64,000 nt of DNA, taken from NCBI GenBank assembly GCA_964016885.1, contig OZ024740.1, positions 44,578,001 through 44,642,000 on the forward strand. Reading direction: 5' to 3'. Below are positions 33,277 through 49,500 of this stretch, piece by piece; position 1 is the stretch's first letter; every line of letters starts with the position of its first letter. The stretch comes from Eledone cirrhosa (taxonomy: Eukaryota). Below the pieces are notes generated by a model. That model made no database searches. It was not told the origin of the DNA and saw only the letters and a program-made list of their open reading frames with translations. The translations under genes were made by a program, and so were the position numbers.

Positions 33277-33363
33277 TTAATTGTTTTTGAATCAGTGTTT
33301 AAAATAATGGAGTATATTTTCAAGGATGACAGAATTGCTGTTTTGCAGGTAATATTTTAATGT

Positions 33364-33548
33364 GGATTGGCAGTATCGGTAGAGGGTTGGACGCCATGCT
33401 TTCTGGCATAGAGATACATCTCTTTGTGGTCTGAGTTAAAATCTCACTGAGGTTAACTTTGCCTTTCATCCTTACAGGGTCGATAAAATAAAGAACCAGT
33501 AATGCACTGGGATAAATGCTCACCCTGTGCCAAAGTAGAAACAATTAT
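33364..33548 (+). mobile_element. Full-length tRNA-headed Nin/Deu-core SINE
   Basis: tggcagtatcgg A box, degenerate B box gttaaaatc, core gcctttcatccttacagggtcgataaaat, agtagaaacaatt end. Confidence 0.8.
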
Positions 33549-33705
33549 TTTAATGTAGGAATATCAAATTGCTTGAAATTACTATATATTTTAGTTATTT
33601 GAATTTTTAATCATGCTGCTAATAGCTAATAGTCATTATCATCATCATCATCATCATTTTACGTCCGCTTTTCCCTGCTTGCAAGGGTGGGACTATAAGC
33701 ATGAA

Positions 33706-33845
33706 AACACATGACCTAGTGGTTAGGATCTTGGACATGTGATTGTAAGGTATTGAGTTCAATCCCAGACTGAGTGGTGCTTTGTGTACCTGAGCAAGAT
33801 AATTTATTGTTGCTCTAATCTACTCAGTACAAGTAGCAGTTGGGG
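33706..33845 (+). mobile_element. tRNA-derived SINE (family of 8500-8648)
   Basis: tgacctagtggttag A box, gttcaatcc B box, cctgagcaaga core. Confidence 0.65.
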
Positions 33846-34522
33846 ATTAATTATGTGACAACACCGATGCCAAACGTTTTTTACTTTGAGTTTTTTACTT
33901 TGCTGGTCTTCCAGAAAACACTCTACCTAGGTTTGCGTCTTGGAGAGGTACTATCCATCTACAAAACCTTGGTCAATTATGACACAAAGAGGCATAGAGA
34001 GATGTGCTAGCACAGATGTCATAGCACATGATTGCTTTCCTAATGAGAAATTCTGTCAAAAATATTAAACATAATTTATTCCACTTTTCCACTCTTTTTT
34101 TAAGTGACTGCAAGCAAAATATTAACAAAGAATTTCATTGGATGAAAATCAGCTAATAATCATTGCGGAACAAGTTTCAACAATTGCTCCCAATCTGATA
34201 TGCAAATATCCATCTTCCTCCTCCCCTCCCTCTCTCCTCTCCCTCCTCACAACAACCACAACACTGTTGCCACTACCACAATCATCATTGTCATCATCAT
34301 CATCATTGCCATCATCATCATCATCATTGCCATCGTCATAATCAGCATTATTTTACATTTTTCATACTAGCATCAGTTAGATGGGTTGGTACAGACCAAG
34401 TCAGTACTTATTCAGAGCTATTACCCATCAAGAGTTTTGAATAGTGAGAGGTGGGGTGGGGGACATTTTACTTACATACTTTCTAGCTTTGGCATGGTTT
34501 CTATTGGTGGGTAGCCTTAATG

Positions 34523-37500
34523 CACTGGTTGTCTTTTATCATGACACTAGCACTACCACCTTACACAGTGTATTGGTTGTATTTTATAATGGTACTGGCA
34601 GTACCACTTTACACAGTGTATTGGATGTATTTTATAATGACACTGGCACTACCACTTTACACAGTGTATTGGATGTATTTTATCATGACATTGGCACTAC
34701 CACTTTAAACAGTGTATTGGTTATATTTTATAATGGTACTGGCACTACCACTTTACACAGTGTATTGGATGTATTTTATAATGGTACTGGCACTACCACT
34801 TTACACAGTGTATTGGTTGTATTTTATAATGGTACTGGCACTACCACTTTACACAGTGTACTGGTTGTATTTTATAATGGTACTGGCACTACCACTTTAC
34901 ACAGTGTACTGGTTGTATTTTATAATGGTACTGGCACTACCACTTTACACAGTGTACTGGTTGTATTTTATAATGGTACTGGCACTACCACTTTACACAG
35001 TGTACTGGTTGTATTTTAAAATGGTACTGGCACTACCACTTTACACAGTGTACTGGTTGTATTTTATAATGGTACTGGCACTACCACTTTACACAGTGTA
35101 TTGGTTGTATTTTATAATGGTACTGGCACTACCACTTTACACAGTGTACTGGTTGTATTTTATAATGGTACTGGCACTACCACTTTACACAGTGTACTGG
35201 TTGTATTTTAAAATGGTAATGGCACTACCACTTTACACAGTGTATTGGTTGTATTTTATAATGGTACTGGCACTACCACTTTACACAGTGTATTGGTTGT
35301 ATTTTATAATGGTACTGGCACTACCACTTTACACAGTGTACTGGGTGTATTTTATTATGGTACTGGCACTACTACTTTACAGAGTGTACTGGGTGTATTT
35401 TATAATGACACTGGCACAACCACTTTAATCAGTGTATTGGGTGTATTTTATAATAACACTGGCACTACCACTTTACACAGTGTATTGGATGTATTTTATC
35501 ATGACACTGGCACTACCACTTTACACAGTGTACTGGGTGTATTTTATCATGAAACTGGCACTACCACTTTACAGAGTGTATTGGATGTATTTTATCATGA
35601 CACTAGCACTACCACCTTACACAGTGTATTGGATGTATTTTATAATGGTACTGGCACTACCACTTTACACAGTGTATTGGCTGTATTTTATCATGACACT
35701 GGCACTACCGTTTTACACAGTGTATTGGTTGCGTTTTACAATGGTACTGGCACTACCACTTTACACAGTGTATTGGATGTATTTTATAATGGTACTGGCA
35801 CTACCACTTTACACAGTGTATTGGATGTATTTTATCATGACACTGGCACTACCACTTTAAACAGTGTACTGGATGTATTTTATAATGGTACTGGCAATAC
35901 CACTTTACACAGTGTATTGGATGTATTTTATCATAACACTGGCACTACTACTTTACACTGTGTATTGGTTGTATTTTATCATGGTACAGGCACTACCACT
36001 TCACACAGTGTACTGGAGGTATTTTATAATGGTACTGGCACTACCGCTTTACACAGTGTATTGGTTGTGTTTTACAATGGTACTGGCACTACAACTTTAC
36101 ACAGTGTATTGGTTGTATTTTATAATGGTACTAGAACTACCACTTTACACTGTGTATTGGTTGTATTTTATAATGGTACTGGCACTACAACTTTACACAG
36201 TGTACTGGGTGTATTTTATTATGGTACTGGCACTACTACTTTACAGAGTGTACTGGATGTATTTTATCATGACTCTGGCACTACCACTTTACACACTGTA
36301 TTGGTTGTATTTCATCATGACACTGGCACTACCACTTTACACAGTGTATTGGATGTATTTTATCATGACTCTGGCACTACCACTTTACACAGTGTATTGG
36401 TTTTTTTATAATGGTACTGGCACTACCACTTTACACAGTGTATTGGGTGTATTTTATAATGACACTGGCATTACCACTTTACACAGTGTATTGGTTGTAT
36501 TTTATAATTGTACTGGCACTACCACTTTACACAGTGTACTGGGTGTATTTTATAATGGCACTGGCACTACCACTTTACACAGTGTATTGGTTGTATTTTA
36601 TAATGGCACTGGCACTACAACTTTACACAGTGTATTGGATGTATTTTACCATGACACTGGCACTACCACTTTACACAGTGTATTGGATATATTTTATCAT
36701 GACACTGGCACTACCATTTTACACAGTGTATTGGTTGTATTTTATAATGGTACTGGCACTACCACTTTAATCAGTGTATTGCGTGTATTTTATAATGGTA
36801 CTGGCACTACCACTTTACACAGTGTATTGGTTGTATTTTATAATGGTACTGGCACTACCATTTTACACAGTGTATTGGTTGTATTTTATAATGGTACTAG
36901 CACTACCACTTTACACTGTGTATTGGTTGTATTTTATAATGGTACTGGCACTACAACTTTACACAGTGTACTGGGTGTATTTTATTATGGTACTGGCACT
37001 ACTACTTTACACAGTGTATTGGTTGTATTTTATGATGGTACTGGCACTACCACTTTACACACTGTATTGGTTGTATTTCATCATGACACTGGCACTACCA
37101 CTTTACACAGTGTATTGGTTGTATTTTATTATGGTACTGGCACTACCACTTTACACAGTGTACTGGGTGTATTTTATTATGGTACTGGCACTACTACTTT
37201 ACACAGTGTACTGGGTGTATTTTATAATGACACTGGCACTACCACTTTACACAGTGCATTGGATGTATTTTATCATGACTCTGACACTACCACTTTACAC
37301 AGTGTATTGGTTTTTTTTATAATGGTACTGGCACTACCACTTTACACAGTGTATTGGGTGTATTTTATAATGACACTGGCACTACCACTTTACAGAGTGT
37401 ACTGGGTGTATTTTATCATGACACTGGCATTACCACTTTACACAGTGTAATGGATGTATTCTATAATGTTACTGGCACTAACACTTTAATCAGTGTATTG

Positions 37501-40500
37501 GGTGTATTTTATAATAACACTGGCACTACCACTTTACACAGTGAACTGGGTGTATTTTATAATAACACTGGCACTACCACTTGACACAGTGTATTGGTTG
37601 TATTTTATAATAACACAGGCACTACCACTTTACACAGTGTATTGGGTGTATTTTATAATAACACTGGCACTACCACTTTACACTGTGTATTGGGTGTCTT
37701 TTATAACACTGGCACTACCACTTTACACAGTGTATTGGTTGTATTTTATAATGGTACTGGCACTACCACTTTACACTGTGTATTGGTTGTATTTTATAAT
37801 GGTATTGGCACTACAACTTTACACAGTGTACTGGGTGTATTTTATTATGGTACTGGCACTACTACTTTACACAGTGTATTGGTTGTATTTTATGATGGTA
37901 CTGGCACTACCACTTTACACACTGTATTGGTTGTATTTCATCATGACACTGGCACTACCACTTTACACAGTGTATTGGTTGTATTTTATAATGGTACTGG
38001 CACTACCACTTTACACAGTGTACTGGGTGTATTTTATTATGGTACTGGCACTACTACTTTACACAGTGTACTGGGTGTATTTTATAATGACACTGGCACT
38101 ACCACTTTACACAGTGCATTGGATGTATTTTATCATGACTCTGACACTACCACTTTACACAGTGTATTGGTTTTTTTTATAATGGTACTGGCACTACCAC
38201 TTTACACAGTGTATTGGGTGTATTTTATAATGACACTGGCACTACCACTTTACAGAGTGTACTGGGTGTATTTTATCATGACACTGGCATTACCACTTTA
38301 CACAGTGTAATGGATGTATTCTATAATGGTACTGGCACTACCACTTTAATCAGTGTATTGGGTGTATTTTATAATAACACTGGCACTACCACTTTACACA
38401 GTGAACTGGGTGTATTTTATAATAACACTGGCACTACCACTTGACACAGTGTATTGGTTGTATTTTATAATAACACAGGCACTACCACTTTACACAGTGT
38501 ATTGGGTGTATTTTATAATAACACTGGCACTACCACTTTACACTGTGTATTGGGTGTCTTTTATAACACTGGCACTACCACTTTACACAGTGTATTGGTT
38601 GTATTTTATAATGGTACTGGCACTACTACTTTAAACAGTGTATTGGTTGTATTTTATAATAGTACTGGCACTACCACTTTAAACAGTGTACTGAATGTAT
38701 TTTATCATGAGACTGGCACTACCACTTTACCAAGTGTACTGGATGTATTTTATAATGGTACTGGCACTACCACTTTACAGAGTGTATTGGATGTATTTTA
38801 TCATGACACTAGCACTACCACCTTACACAGTGTATTGGATGTATTTTATAATGGTACTGGCACTACCACTTTACACAGTGTATTGGCTGTATTTTATCAT
38901 GACACTGGCACTACCGTTTTACACAGTGTATTGGTTGCGTTTTACAATGGTACTGGCACTACCACTTTACACAGTGTATTGGATGTATTTTATAATGGTA
39001 CTGGCACTACCACTTTACACAGTGTATTGGATGTATTTTATCATGACACTGGCACTACCACTTTAAACAGTGTACTGGATGTATTTTATAATGGTACTGG
39101 CAATACCACTTTACACAGTGTATTGGATGTATTTTATCATAACACTGGCACTACTACTTTACACTGTGTATTGGTTGTATTTTATCATGGTACAGGCACT
39201 ACCACTTCACACAGTGTACTGGAGGTATTTTATAATGGTACTGGCACTACCGCTTTACACAGTGTATTGGTTGTGTTTTACAATGGTACTGGCACTACAA
39301 CTTTACACAGTGTATTGGTTGTATTTTATAATGGTACTAGAACTACCACTTTACACTGTGTATTGGTTGTATTTTATAATGGTACTGGCACTACAACTTT
39401 ACACAGTGTACTGGGTGTATTTTATTATGGTACTGGCACTACTACTTTACAGAGTGTACTGGATGTATTTTATCATGACTCTGGCACTACCACTTTACAC
39501 ACTGTATTGGTTGTATTTCATCATGACACTGGCACTACCACTTTACACAGTGTATTGGATGTATTTTATCATGACTCTGGCACTACCACTTTACACAGTG
39601 TATTGGTTTTTTTATAATGGTACTGGCACTACCACTTTACACAGTGTATTGGGTGTATTTTATAATGACACTGGCATTACCACTTTACACAGTGTATTGG
39701 TTGTATTTTATAATTGTACTGGCACTACCACTTTACACAGTGTACTGGGTGTATTTTATAATGGCACTGGCACTACCACTTTACACAGTGTATTGGTTGT
39801 ATTTTATAATGGCACTGGCACTACAACTTTACACAGTGTATTGGATGTATTTTACCATGACACTGGCACTACCACTTTACACAGTGTATTGGATATATTT
39901 TATCATGACACTGGCACTACCATTTTACACAGTGTATTGGTTGTATTTTATAATGGTACTGGCACTACCACTTTAATCAGTGTATTGCGTGTATTTTATA
40001 ATGGTACTGGCACTACCACTTTACACAGTGTATTGGTTGTATTTTATAATGGTACTGGCACTACCATTTTACACAGTGTATTGGTTGTATTTTATAATGG
40101 TACTAGCACTACCACTTTACACTGTGTATTGGTTGTATTTTATAATGGTACTGGCACTACAACTTTACACAGTGTACTGGGTGTATTTTATTATGGTACT
40201 GGCACTACTACTTTACACAGTGTATTGGTTGTATTTTATGATGGTACTGGCACTACCACTTTACACACTGTATTGGTTGTATTTCATCATGACACTGGCA
40301 CTACCACTTTACACAGTGTATTGGTTGTATTTTATTATGGTACTGGCACTACCACTTTACACAGTGTACTGGGTGTATTTTATTATGGTACTGGCACTAC
40401 TACTTTACACAGTGTACTGGGTGTATTTTATAATGACACTGGCACTACCACTTTACACAGTGCATTGGATGTATTTTATCATGACTCTGACACTACCACT

Positions 40501-43500
40501 TTACACAGTGTATTGGTTTTTTTTATAATGGTACTGGCACTACCACTTTACACAGTGTATTGGGTGTATTTTATAATGACACTGGCACTACCACTTTACA
40601 GAGTGTACTGGGTGTATTTTATCATGACACTGGCATTACCACTTTACACAGTGTAATGGATGTATTCTATAATGGTACTGGCACTACCACTTTAATCAGT
40701 GTATTGGGTGTATTTTATAATAACACTGGCACTACCACTTTACACAGTGAACTGGGTGTATTTTATAATAACACTGGCACTACCACTTGACACAGTGTAT
40801 TGGTTGTATTTTATAATAACACAGGCACTACCACTTTACACAGTGTATTGGGTGTATTTTATAATAACACTGGCACTACCACTTTACACTGTGTATTGGG
40901 TGTCTTTTATAACACTGGCACTACCACTTTACACAGTGTATTGGTTGTATTTTATAATGGTACTGGCACTACCACTTTACACTGTGTATTGGTTGTATTT
41001 TATAATGGTATTGGCACTACAACTTTACACAGTGTACTGGGTGTATTTTATTATGGTACTGGCACTACTACTTTACACAGTGTATTGGTTGTATTTTATG
41101 ATGGTACTGGCACTACCACTTTACACACTGTATTGGTTGTATTTCATCATGACACTGGCACTACCACTTTACACAGTGTATTGGTTGTATTTTATAATGG
41201 TACTGGCACTACCACTTTACACAGTGTACTGGGTGTATTTTATTATGGTACTGGCACTACTACTTTACACAGTGTACTGGGTGTATTTTATAATGACACT
41301 GGCACTACCACTTTACACAGTGCATTGGATGTATTTTATCATGACTCTGACACTACCACTTTACACAGTGTATTGGTTTTTTTTATAATGGTACTGGCAC
41401 TACCACTTTACACAGTGTATTGGGTGTATTTTATAATGACACTGGCACTACCACTTTACAGAGTGTACTGGGTGTATTTTATCATGACACTGGCATTACC
41501 ACTTTACACAGTGTAATGGATGTATTCTATAATGGTACTGGCACTACCACTTTAATCAGTGTATTGGGTGTATTTTATAATAACACTGGCACTACCACTT
41601 TACACAGTGAACTGGGTGTATTTTATAATAACACTGGCACTACCACTTGACACAGTGTATTGGTTGTATTTTATAATAACACAGGCACTACCACTTTACA
41701 CAGTGTATTGGGTGTATTTTATAATAACACTGGCACTACCACTTTACACTGTGTATTGGGTGTCTTTTATAACACTGGCACTACCACTTTACACAGTGTA
41801 TTGGTTGTATTTTATAATGGTACTGGCACTACTACTTTAAACAGTGTATTGGTTGTATTTTATAATAGTACTGGCACTACCACTTTAAACAGTGTACTGA
41901 ATGTATTTTATCATGAGACTGGCACTACCACTTTACCAAGTGTACTGGATGTATTTTATAATGGTACTGGCACTACCACTTTACACAGTGTATTGGTTGT
42001 ATTTTATAATGGTACTGGCACTACCATTTTACACAGTGTATTGGATGTATTTTATCATGACACTGGCACTACCACTTTACACAGTGTATTGGTTGTATTT
42101 TATCATGACACTGGCACTACCACTTTACACAGTGTACTGGATGTATTTTAGCATGACACTGGCACTACCACTTTACACAGTTGACTGGATGTATTTTATC
42201 ATGACACTGGCACTACCATTTTACACAGTGTATTGGATGTATTTTATCATGACACTGGCACTACCACTTTACACAGTGTACTGGATGTATTTTATCATGG
42301 TACTGGCACTACCACTTTACACAGTGTATTGGTTGTATTTTATCATGACGCTGGATGTATTTTATCATGACACTGGCACTACCACTTTACACAGTGTATT
42401 GGATGTATTTTATCATGACACTGGCACTACCACTTTACACTATGTATTGGGTGTATTTTATCATGACACTGGCACTACCACTTTACACAGTGTATTGATT
42501 GTATTTTATAATGGCACTGGTACTACCACTTTACACAGTGTATTGTATGTATTTTATATTGGCACTGGCACTACCACTTTACACATTTTATTGTTTGTAT
42601 TTCATAATAACACTGGCACTACCAATTTAATCAGTGTATTGGTTGTATTTAATAATGGTACTGGCACTACTACTTTACACAGTGTATTGGTTGTATTTTA
42701 TCGTGACACTGGCACTACCACTTTACAGAGTGTATTGGTTGTATTTTATCATGACACTGGCACTACCACTTTACACAGTGTATTGGTTGTATTTTATAAT
42801 GGTACTGGCATTACCACTTTACACAGTGTATTGGATGTATTTTATAATGGTACTGGCACTACCACTATACAGAGTGTATTGGTTGTATTGTATCATAACA
42901 CTGGCACTACCACTTTACACAGTGTATTGTATTATTTTATCATGACACTGGCACTACAACTTTACACAGTGTATTGTATTATTTTATCATGACACTGGCA
43001 CTACCACTTTATACAGTGTATTGGTTGTATTTTATCATGACACTGGATGTATTTTATCATGGTACTGGCACTACCACTTTACACAGTGTATTGGTTGTAT
43101 TGTATCATGACACTGGCACTACCACTTTACACAGTGTATTGTATTATTTTATCATGACACTGGCACTACCACTTTACACAGTGTATTGGATTATTTCATT
43201 ATGACTCTGGCACTACTACTTTATACAGTGTATTGGTTGTATTTTATCATGACACTGGCACTACGACTTTACACAATGTTTTGGTTGTATTTTATAATGG
43301 TACTGGCACTACCACTTTACAGAGTGTATTGGATGTATTTTATAATGGTACTGACACTACCACTTTACAGAGTGTATTGGATGTATTTTATAATGGTACT
43401 GGCACTACGACTTTACACAGTGTACTGGATGTATTTTATAATGGTACTGGCACTACCACTTTACAGAGTGTATTGGATGTATTTTATAATGGTACTGACA

Positions 43501-46500
43501 CTACCACTTTACACAGTGTATTGGATGTATTTTATCATGACATTGGCACTACCACTTTACACAGTGTATTGGTTGTATTTTATAATGGTACTGGCGCTAC
43601 CACTTTACACAGTGTATTGGATGTATTTTATAATGGTACTGGCACTACCACTTTACACAGTGTATTGGTTGTATTTTATAATGGTACTGGCACTACCACT
43701 TTACACAGTGTACTGGTTGTATTTTATAATGGTACTGGCACTACCACTTTACACAGTGTACTGGTTGTATTTTATAATGACACTGGCACTACCACTTTAC
43801 ACAGTGTATTGGTTGTATTTTATCATGACACTGGCACTACCACTTTACACAATGTTTTGGTTGTATTTTATAATGGTACTGGCAGTACCACTTTACACAG
43901 TGTACTGGGTGTATTTTATCATGACACTGGCATTACCACTTTACACAGTGTAATGGATGTATTTTATAATGGTACTGGCACTACCACTTTAATCAGTGTA
44001 TTGGGTGTATTTTATAATAACACTGGCACTACCACTTTACACAGTGTATTGGATTATTTTATCATGACACTGGCACTACTACTTTACACAGTGTATTGGA
44101 TGTATTTTATCATGACACTGGCACTACCACTTTACACAGTGTACTGGGTGTATTTTATCATGAAACTGGCACTACCACTTTACAGAGTGTATTGGATGTA
44201 TTTTATCATGACACTAGCACTACCACCTTACACAGTGTATTGGATGTATTTTATAATGGTACTGGCACTACCACTTTACACAGTGTATTGGCTGTATTTT
44301 ATCATGACACTGGCACTACCGTTTTACACAGTGTATTGGTTGTGTTTTACAATGGTACTGGCACTACCACTTTACACAGTGTATTGGATGTATTTTATAA
44401 TGGTACTGGCACTACCACTTTACACAGTGTATTGGATGTATTTTATCATGACACTGGCACTACCACTTTAAACAGTGTACTGGATGTATTTTATAATGGT
44501 ACTGGCAATACCACTTTACACAGTGTATTGGATGTATTTTATCATAACACTGGCACTACTACTTTACACTGTGTATTGGTTGTATTTTATCATGGTACAG
44601 GCACTACCACTTCACACAGTGTACTGGAGGTATTTTATAATGGTACTGGCACTACCGCTTTACACAGTGTATTGGTTGTGTTTTACAATGGTACTGGCAC
44701 TACAACTTTACACAGTGTATTGGTTGTATTTTATAATGGTACTGGCACTACCACTTTACACTGTGTATTGGTTGTATTTTATAATGGTACTGGCACTACA
44801 ACTTTACACAGTGTACTGGGTGTATTTTATTATGGTACTGGCACTACTACTTTACAGAGTGTACTGGATGTATTTTATCATGACTCTGGCACTACCACTT
44901 TACACACTGTATTGGTTGTATTTCATCATGACACTGGCACTACCACTTTACACAGTGTATTGGATGTATTTTATCATGACTCTGGCACTACCACTTTACA
45001 CAGTGTATTGGTTTTTTTATAATGGTACTGGCACTACCACTTTACACAGTGTATTGGGTGTATTTTATAATGACACTGGCATTACCACTTTACACAGTGT
45101 ATTGGTTGTATTTTATAATTGTACTGGCACTACCACTTTACACAGTGTACTGGGTGTATTTTATAATGGCACTGGCACTACCACTTTACACAGTGTATTG
45201 GTTGTATTTTATAATGGCACTGGCACTACAACTTTACACAGTGTATTGGATGTATTTTACCATGACACTGGCACTACCACTTTACACAGTGTATTGGATA
45301 TATTTTATCATGACACTGGCACTACCATTTTACACAGTGTATTGGTTGTATTTTATAATGGTACTGGCACTACCACTTTAATCAGTGTATTGCGTGTATT
45401 TTATAATGGTACTGGCACTACCACTTTACACAGTGTATTGGTTGTATTTTATAATGGTACTGGCACTACCATTTTACACAGTGTATTGGTTGTATTTTAT
45501 AATGGTACTGGCACTACCACTTTACACTGTGTATTGGTTGTATTTTATAATGGTACTGGCACTACAACTTTACACAGTGTACTGGGTGTATTTTATTATG
45601 GTACTGGCACTACTACTTTACACAGTGTATTGGTTGTATTTTATGATGGTACTGGCACTACCACTTTACACACTGTATTGGTTGTATTTCATCATGACAC
45701 TGGCACTACCACTTTACACAGTGTATTGGTTGTATTTTATAATGGTACTGGCACTACCACTTTACACAGTGTACTGGGTGTATTTTATTATGGTACTGGC
45801 ACTACTACTTTACACAGTGTACTGGGTGTATTTTATAATGACACTGGCACTACCACTTTACACAGTGCATTGGATGTATTTTATCATGACTCTGACACTA
45901 CCACTTTACACAGTGTATTGGTTTTTTTTATAATGGTACTGGCACTACCACTTTACACAGTGTATTGGGTGTATTTTATAATGACACTGGCACTACCACT
46001 TTACAGAGTGTACTGGGTGTATTTTATCATGACACTGGCATTACCACTTTACACAGTGTAATGGATGTATTCTATAATGGTACTGGCACTACCACTTTAA
46101 TCAGTGTATTGGGTGTATTTTATAATAACACTGGCACTACCACTTTACACAGTGAACTGGGTGTATTTTATAATAACACTGGCACTACCACTTGACACAG
46201 TGTATTGGTTGTATTTTATAATAACACAGGCACTACCACTTTACACAGTGTATTGGGTGTATTTTATAATAACACTGGCACTAGCACTTTACACAGTGTA
46301 TTGGGTGTCTTTTATAACACTGGCACTACCACTTTACAGAGTGTATTGGATGTATTTTATCATGACACTGGCACTACCACTTTACACAGTGTATTGGTTG
46401 TATTTTATAATGGTACTGGCACTACCACTTTACACAGTGTATTGGTTGTATTTTATAATGGTACTGGCACTACTACTTTAAACAGTGTATTGGTTGTATT

Positions 46501-49500
46501 TTATAATGGTACTGGCACTACCACTTTAAACAGTGTACTGAATGTATTTTATCATGAGACTGGCACTACCACTTTACCAAGTGTACTGGATGTATTTTAT
46601 AATGGTACTGGCACTACCACTTTACACAGTGTATTGGTTGTATTTTATAATGGTACTGGCACTACCATTTTACACAGTGTATTGGATGTATTTTATCATG
46701 ACACTGGCACTACCACTTTACACAGTGTATTGGTTGTATTTTATCATGACACTGGCACTACCACTTTACACAGTGTACTGGATGTATTTTAGCATGACAC
46801 TGGCACTACCACTTTACACAGTTGACTGGATGTATTTTATCATGACACTGGCACTACCATTTTACACAGTGTATTGGATGTATTTTATCATGACACTGGC
46901 ACTACCACTTTACACAGTGTACTGGATGTATTTTATCATGGTACTGGCACTACCACTTTACACAGTGTATTGGTTGTATTTTATCATGACACTGGATGTA
47001 TTTTATCATGACACTGGCACTACCACTTTACACAGTGTATTGGATGTATTTTATCATGACACTGGCACTACCACTTTACACTATGTATTGGGTGTATTTT
47101 ATCATGACACTGGCACTACCACTTTACACAGTGTATTGATTGTATTTTATAATGGCACTGGCACTACCACTTTACACAGTGTATAGGTTGTATTTCATAA
47201 TGGCACTGGTACTACCACTTTACACAGTGTATTGTATGTATTTTATATTGGCACTGGCACTACCACTTTACACATTTTATTGTTTGTATTTCATAATAAC
47301 ACTGGCACTACCAATTTAATCAGTGTATTGGTTGTATTTAATAATGGTACTGGCACTACTACTTTACACAGTGTATTGGTTGTATTTTATCGTGACACTG
47401 GCACTACCACTTTACAGAGTGTATTGGTTGTATTTTATCATGACACTGGCACTACCACTTTACACAGTGTATTGGTTGTATTTTATAATGGTACTGGCAT
47501 TACCACTTTACACAGTGTATTGGATGTATTTTATAATGGTACTGGCACTACCACTATACAGAGTGTATTGGTTGTATTGTATCATAACACTGGCACTACC
47601 ACTTTACACAGTGTATTGTATTATTTTATCATGACACTGGCACTACAACTTTACACAGTGTATTGTATTATTTTATCATGACACTGGCACTACCACTTTA
47701 TACAGTGTATTGGTTGTATTTTATCATGACACTGGATGTATTTTATCATGGTACTGGCACTACCACTTTACACAGTGTATTGGTTGTATTGTATCATGAC
47801 ACTGGCACTACCACTTTACACAGTGTATTGTATTATTTTATCATGACACTGGCACTACCACTTTACACAGTGTATTGGATTATTTCATTATGACTCTGGC
47901 ACTACTACTTTATACAGTGTATTGGTTGTATTTTATCATGACACTGGCACTACGACTTTACACAATGTTTTGGTTGTATTTTATAATGGTACTGGCACTA
48001 CCACTTTACAGAGTGTATTGGATGTATTTTATAATGGTACTGACACTACCACTTTACAGAGTGTATTGGATGTATTTTATAATGGTACTGGCACTACGAC
48101 TTTACACAGTGTACTGGATGTATTTTATAATGGTACTGGCACTACCACTTTACAGAGTGTATTGGATGTATTTTATAATGGTACTGACACTACCACTTTA
48201 CACAGTGTATTGGATGTATTTTATCATGACATTGGCACTACCACTTTACACAGTGTATTGGTTGTATTTTATAATGGTACTGGCGCTACCACTTTACACA
48301 GTGTATTGGATGTATTTTATAATGGTACTGGCACTACCACTTTACACAGTGTATTGGTTGTATTTTATAATGGTACTGGCACTACCACTTTACACAGTGT
48401 ACTGGTTGTATTTTATAATGGTACTGGCACTACCACTTTACACAGTGTACTGGATGTATTTTATAATGGCACTGGCACTACCACTTTACACAGTTGACTG
48501 GATGTATTTTATAATGGTACTGACACTACAACTTTACACAGTGTACTGGTTGTATTTTATAATGGCACTGGTACTACCACTTTACACAGTGTACTGGTTG
48601 TATTATATAATGGCACTGGCACTACCACTTTACGGAGTGTATTGGATGTATTTTATAATGGTACTTGCACTACCACTTTACACAGTGTACTGGATGTATT
48701 TTATAATGACACTGGCACTACCACTTTACACAGTGTATTGGATGTATTTTATCATGACACTGGCACTACCACTTTACACAGTGTATTGGTTTTTTTTATA
48801 ATGGTACTGGCACTACCACTTTACACAGTGTATTGGGTGTATTTTATAATGACACTGGCACTACCACTTTACAGAGTGTACTGGGTGTATTTTATCATGA
48901 CACTGGCATTACCACTTTACACAGTGTAATGGATGTATTCTATAATGGTACTGGCACTACCACTTTAATCAGTGTATTGGGTGTATTTTATAATAACACT
49001 GGCACTACCACTTTACACAGTGAACTGGGTGTATTTTATAATAACACTGGCACTACCACTTGACACAGTGTATTGGTTGTATTTTATAATAACACAGGCA
49101 CTACCACTTTACACAGTGTATTGGGTGTATTTTATAATAACACTGGCACTACCACTTTACACAGTGTATTGGGTGTCTTTTATAACACTGGCACTACCAC
49201 TTTACAGAGTGTATTGGATGTATTTTATCATGACACTGGCACTACCACTTTACACAGTGTATTGGTTGTATTTTATAATGGTACTGGCACTACCACTTTA
49301 CACAGTGTATTGGTTGTATTTTATAATGGTACTGGCACTACTACTTTAAACAGTGTACTGAATATATTTTATCATGAGACTGGCACTACCACTTTACCAA
49401 GTGTACTGGATGTATTTTATAATGGTACTGGCACTACCACTTTACACAGTGTATTGGTTGTATTTTATAATGGTACTGGCACTACCATTTTACACAGTGT

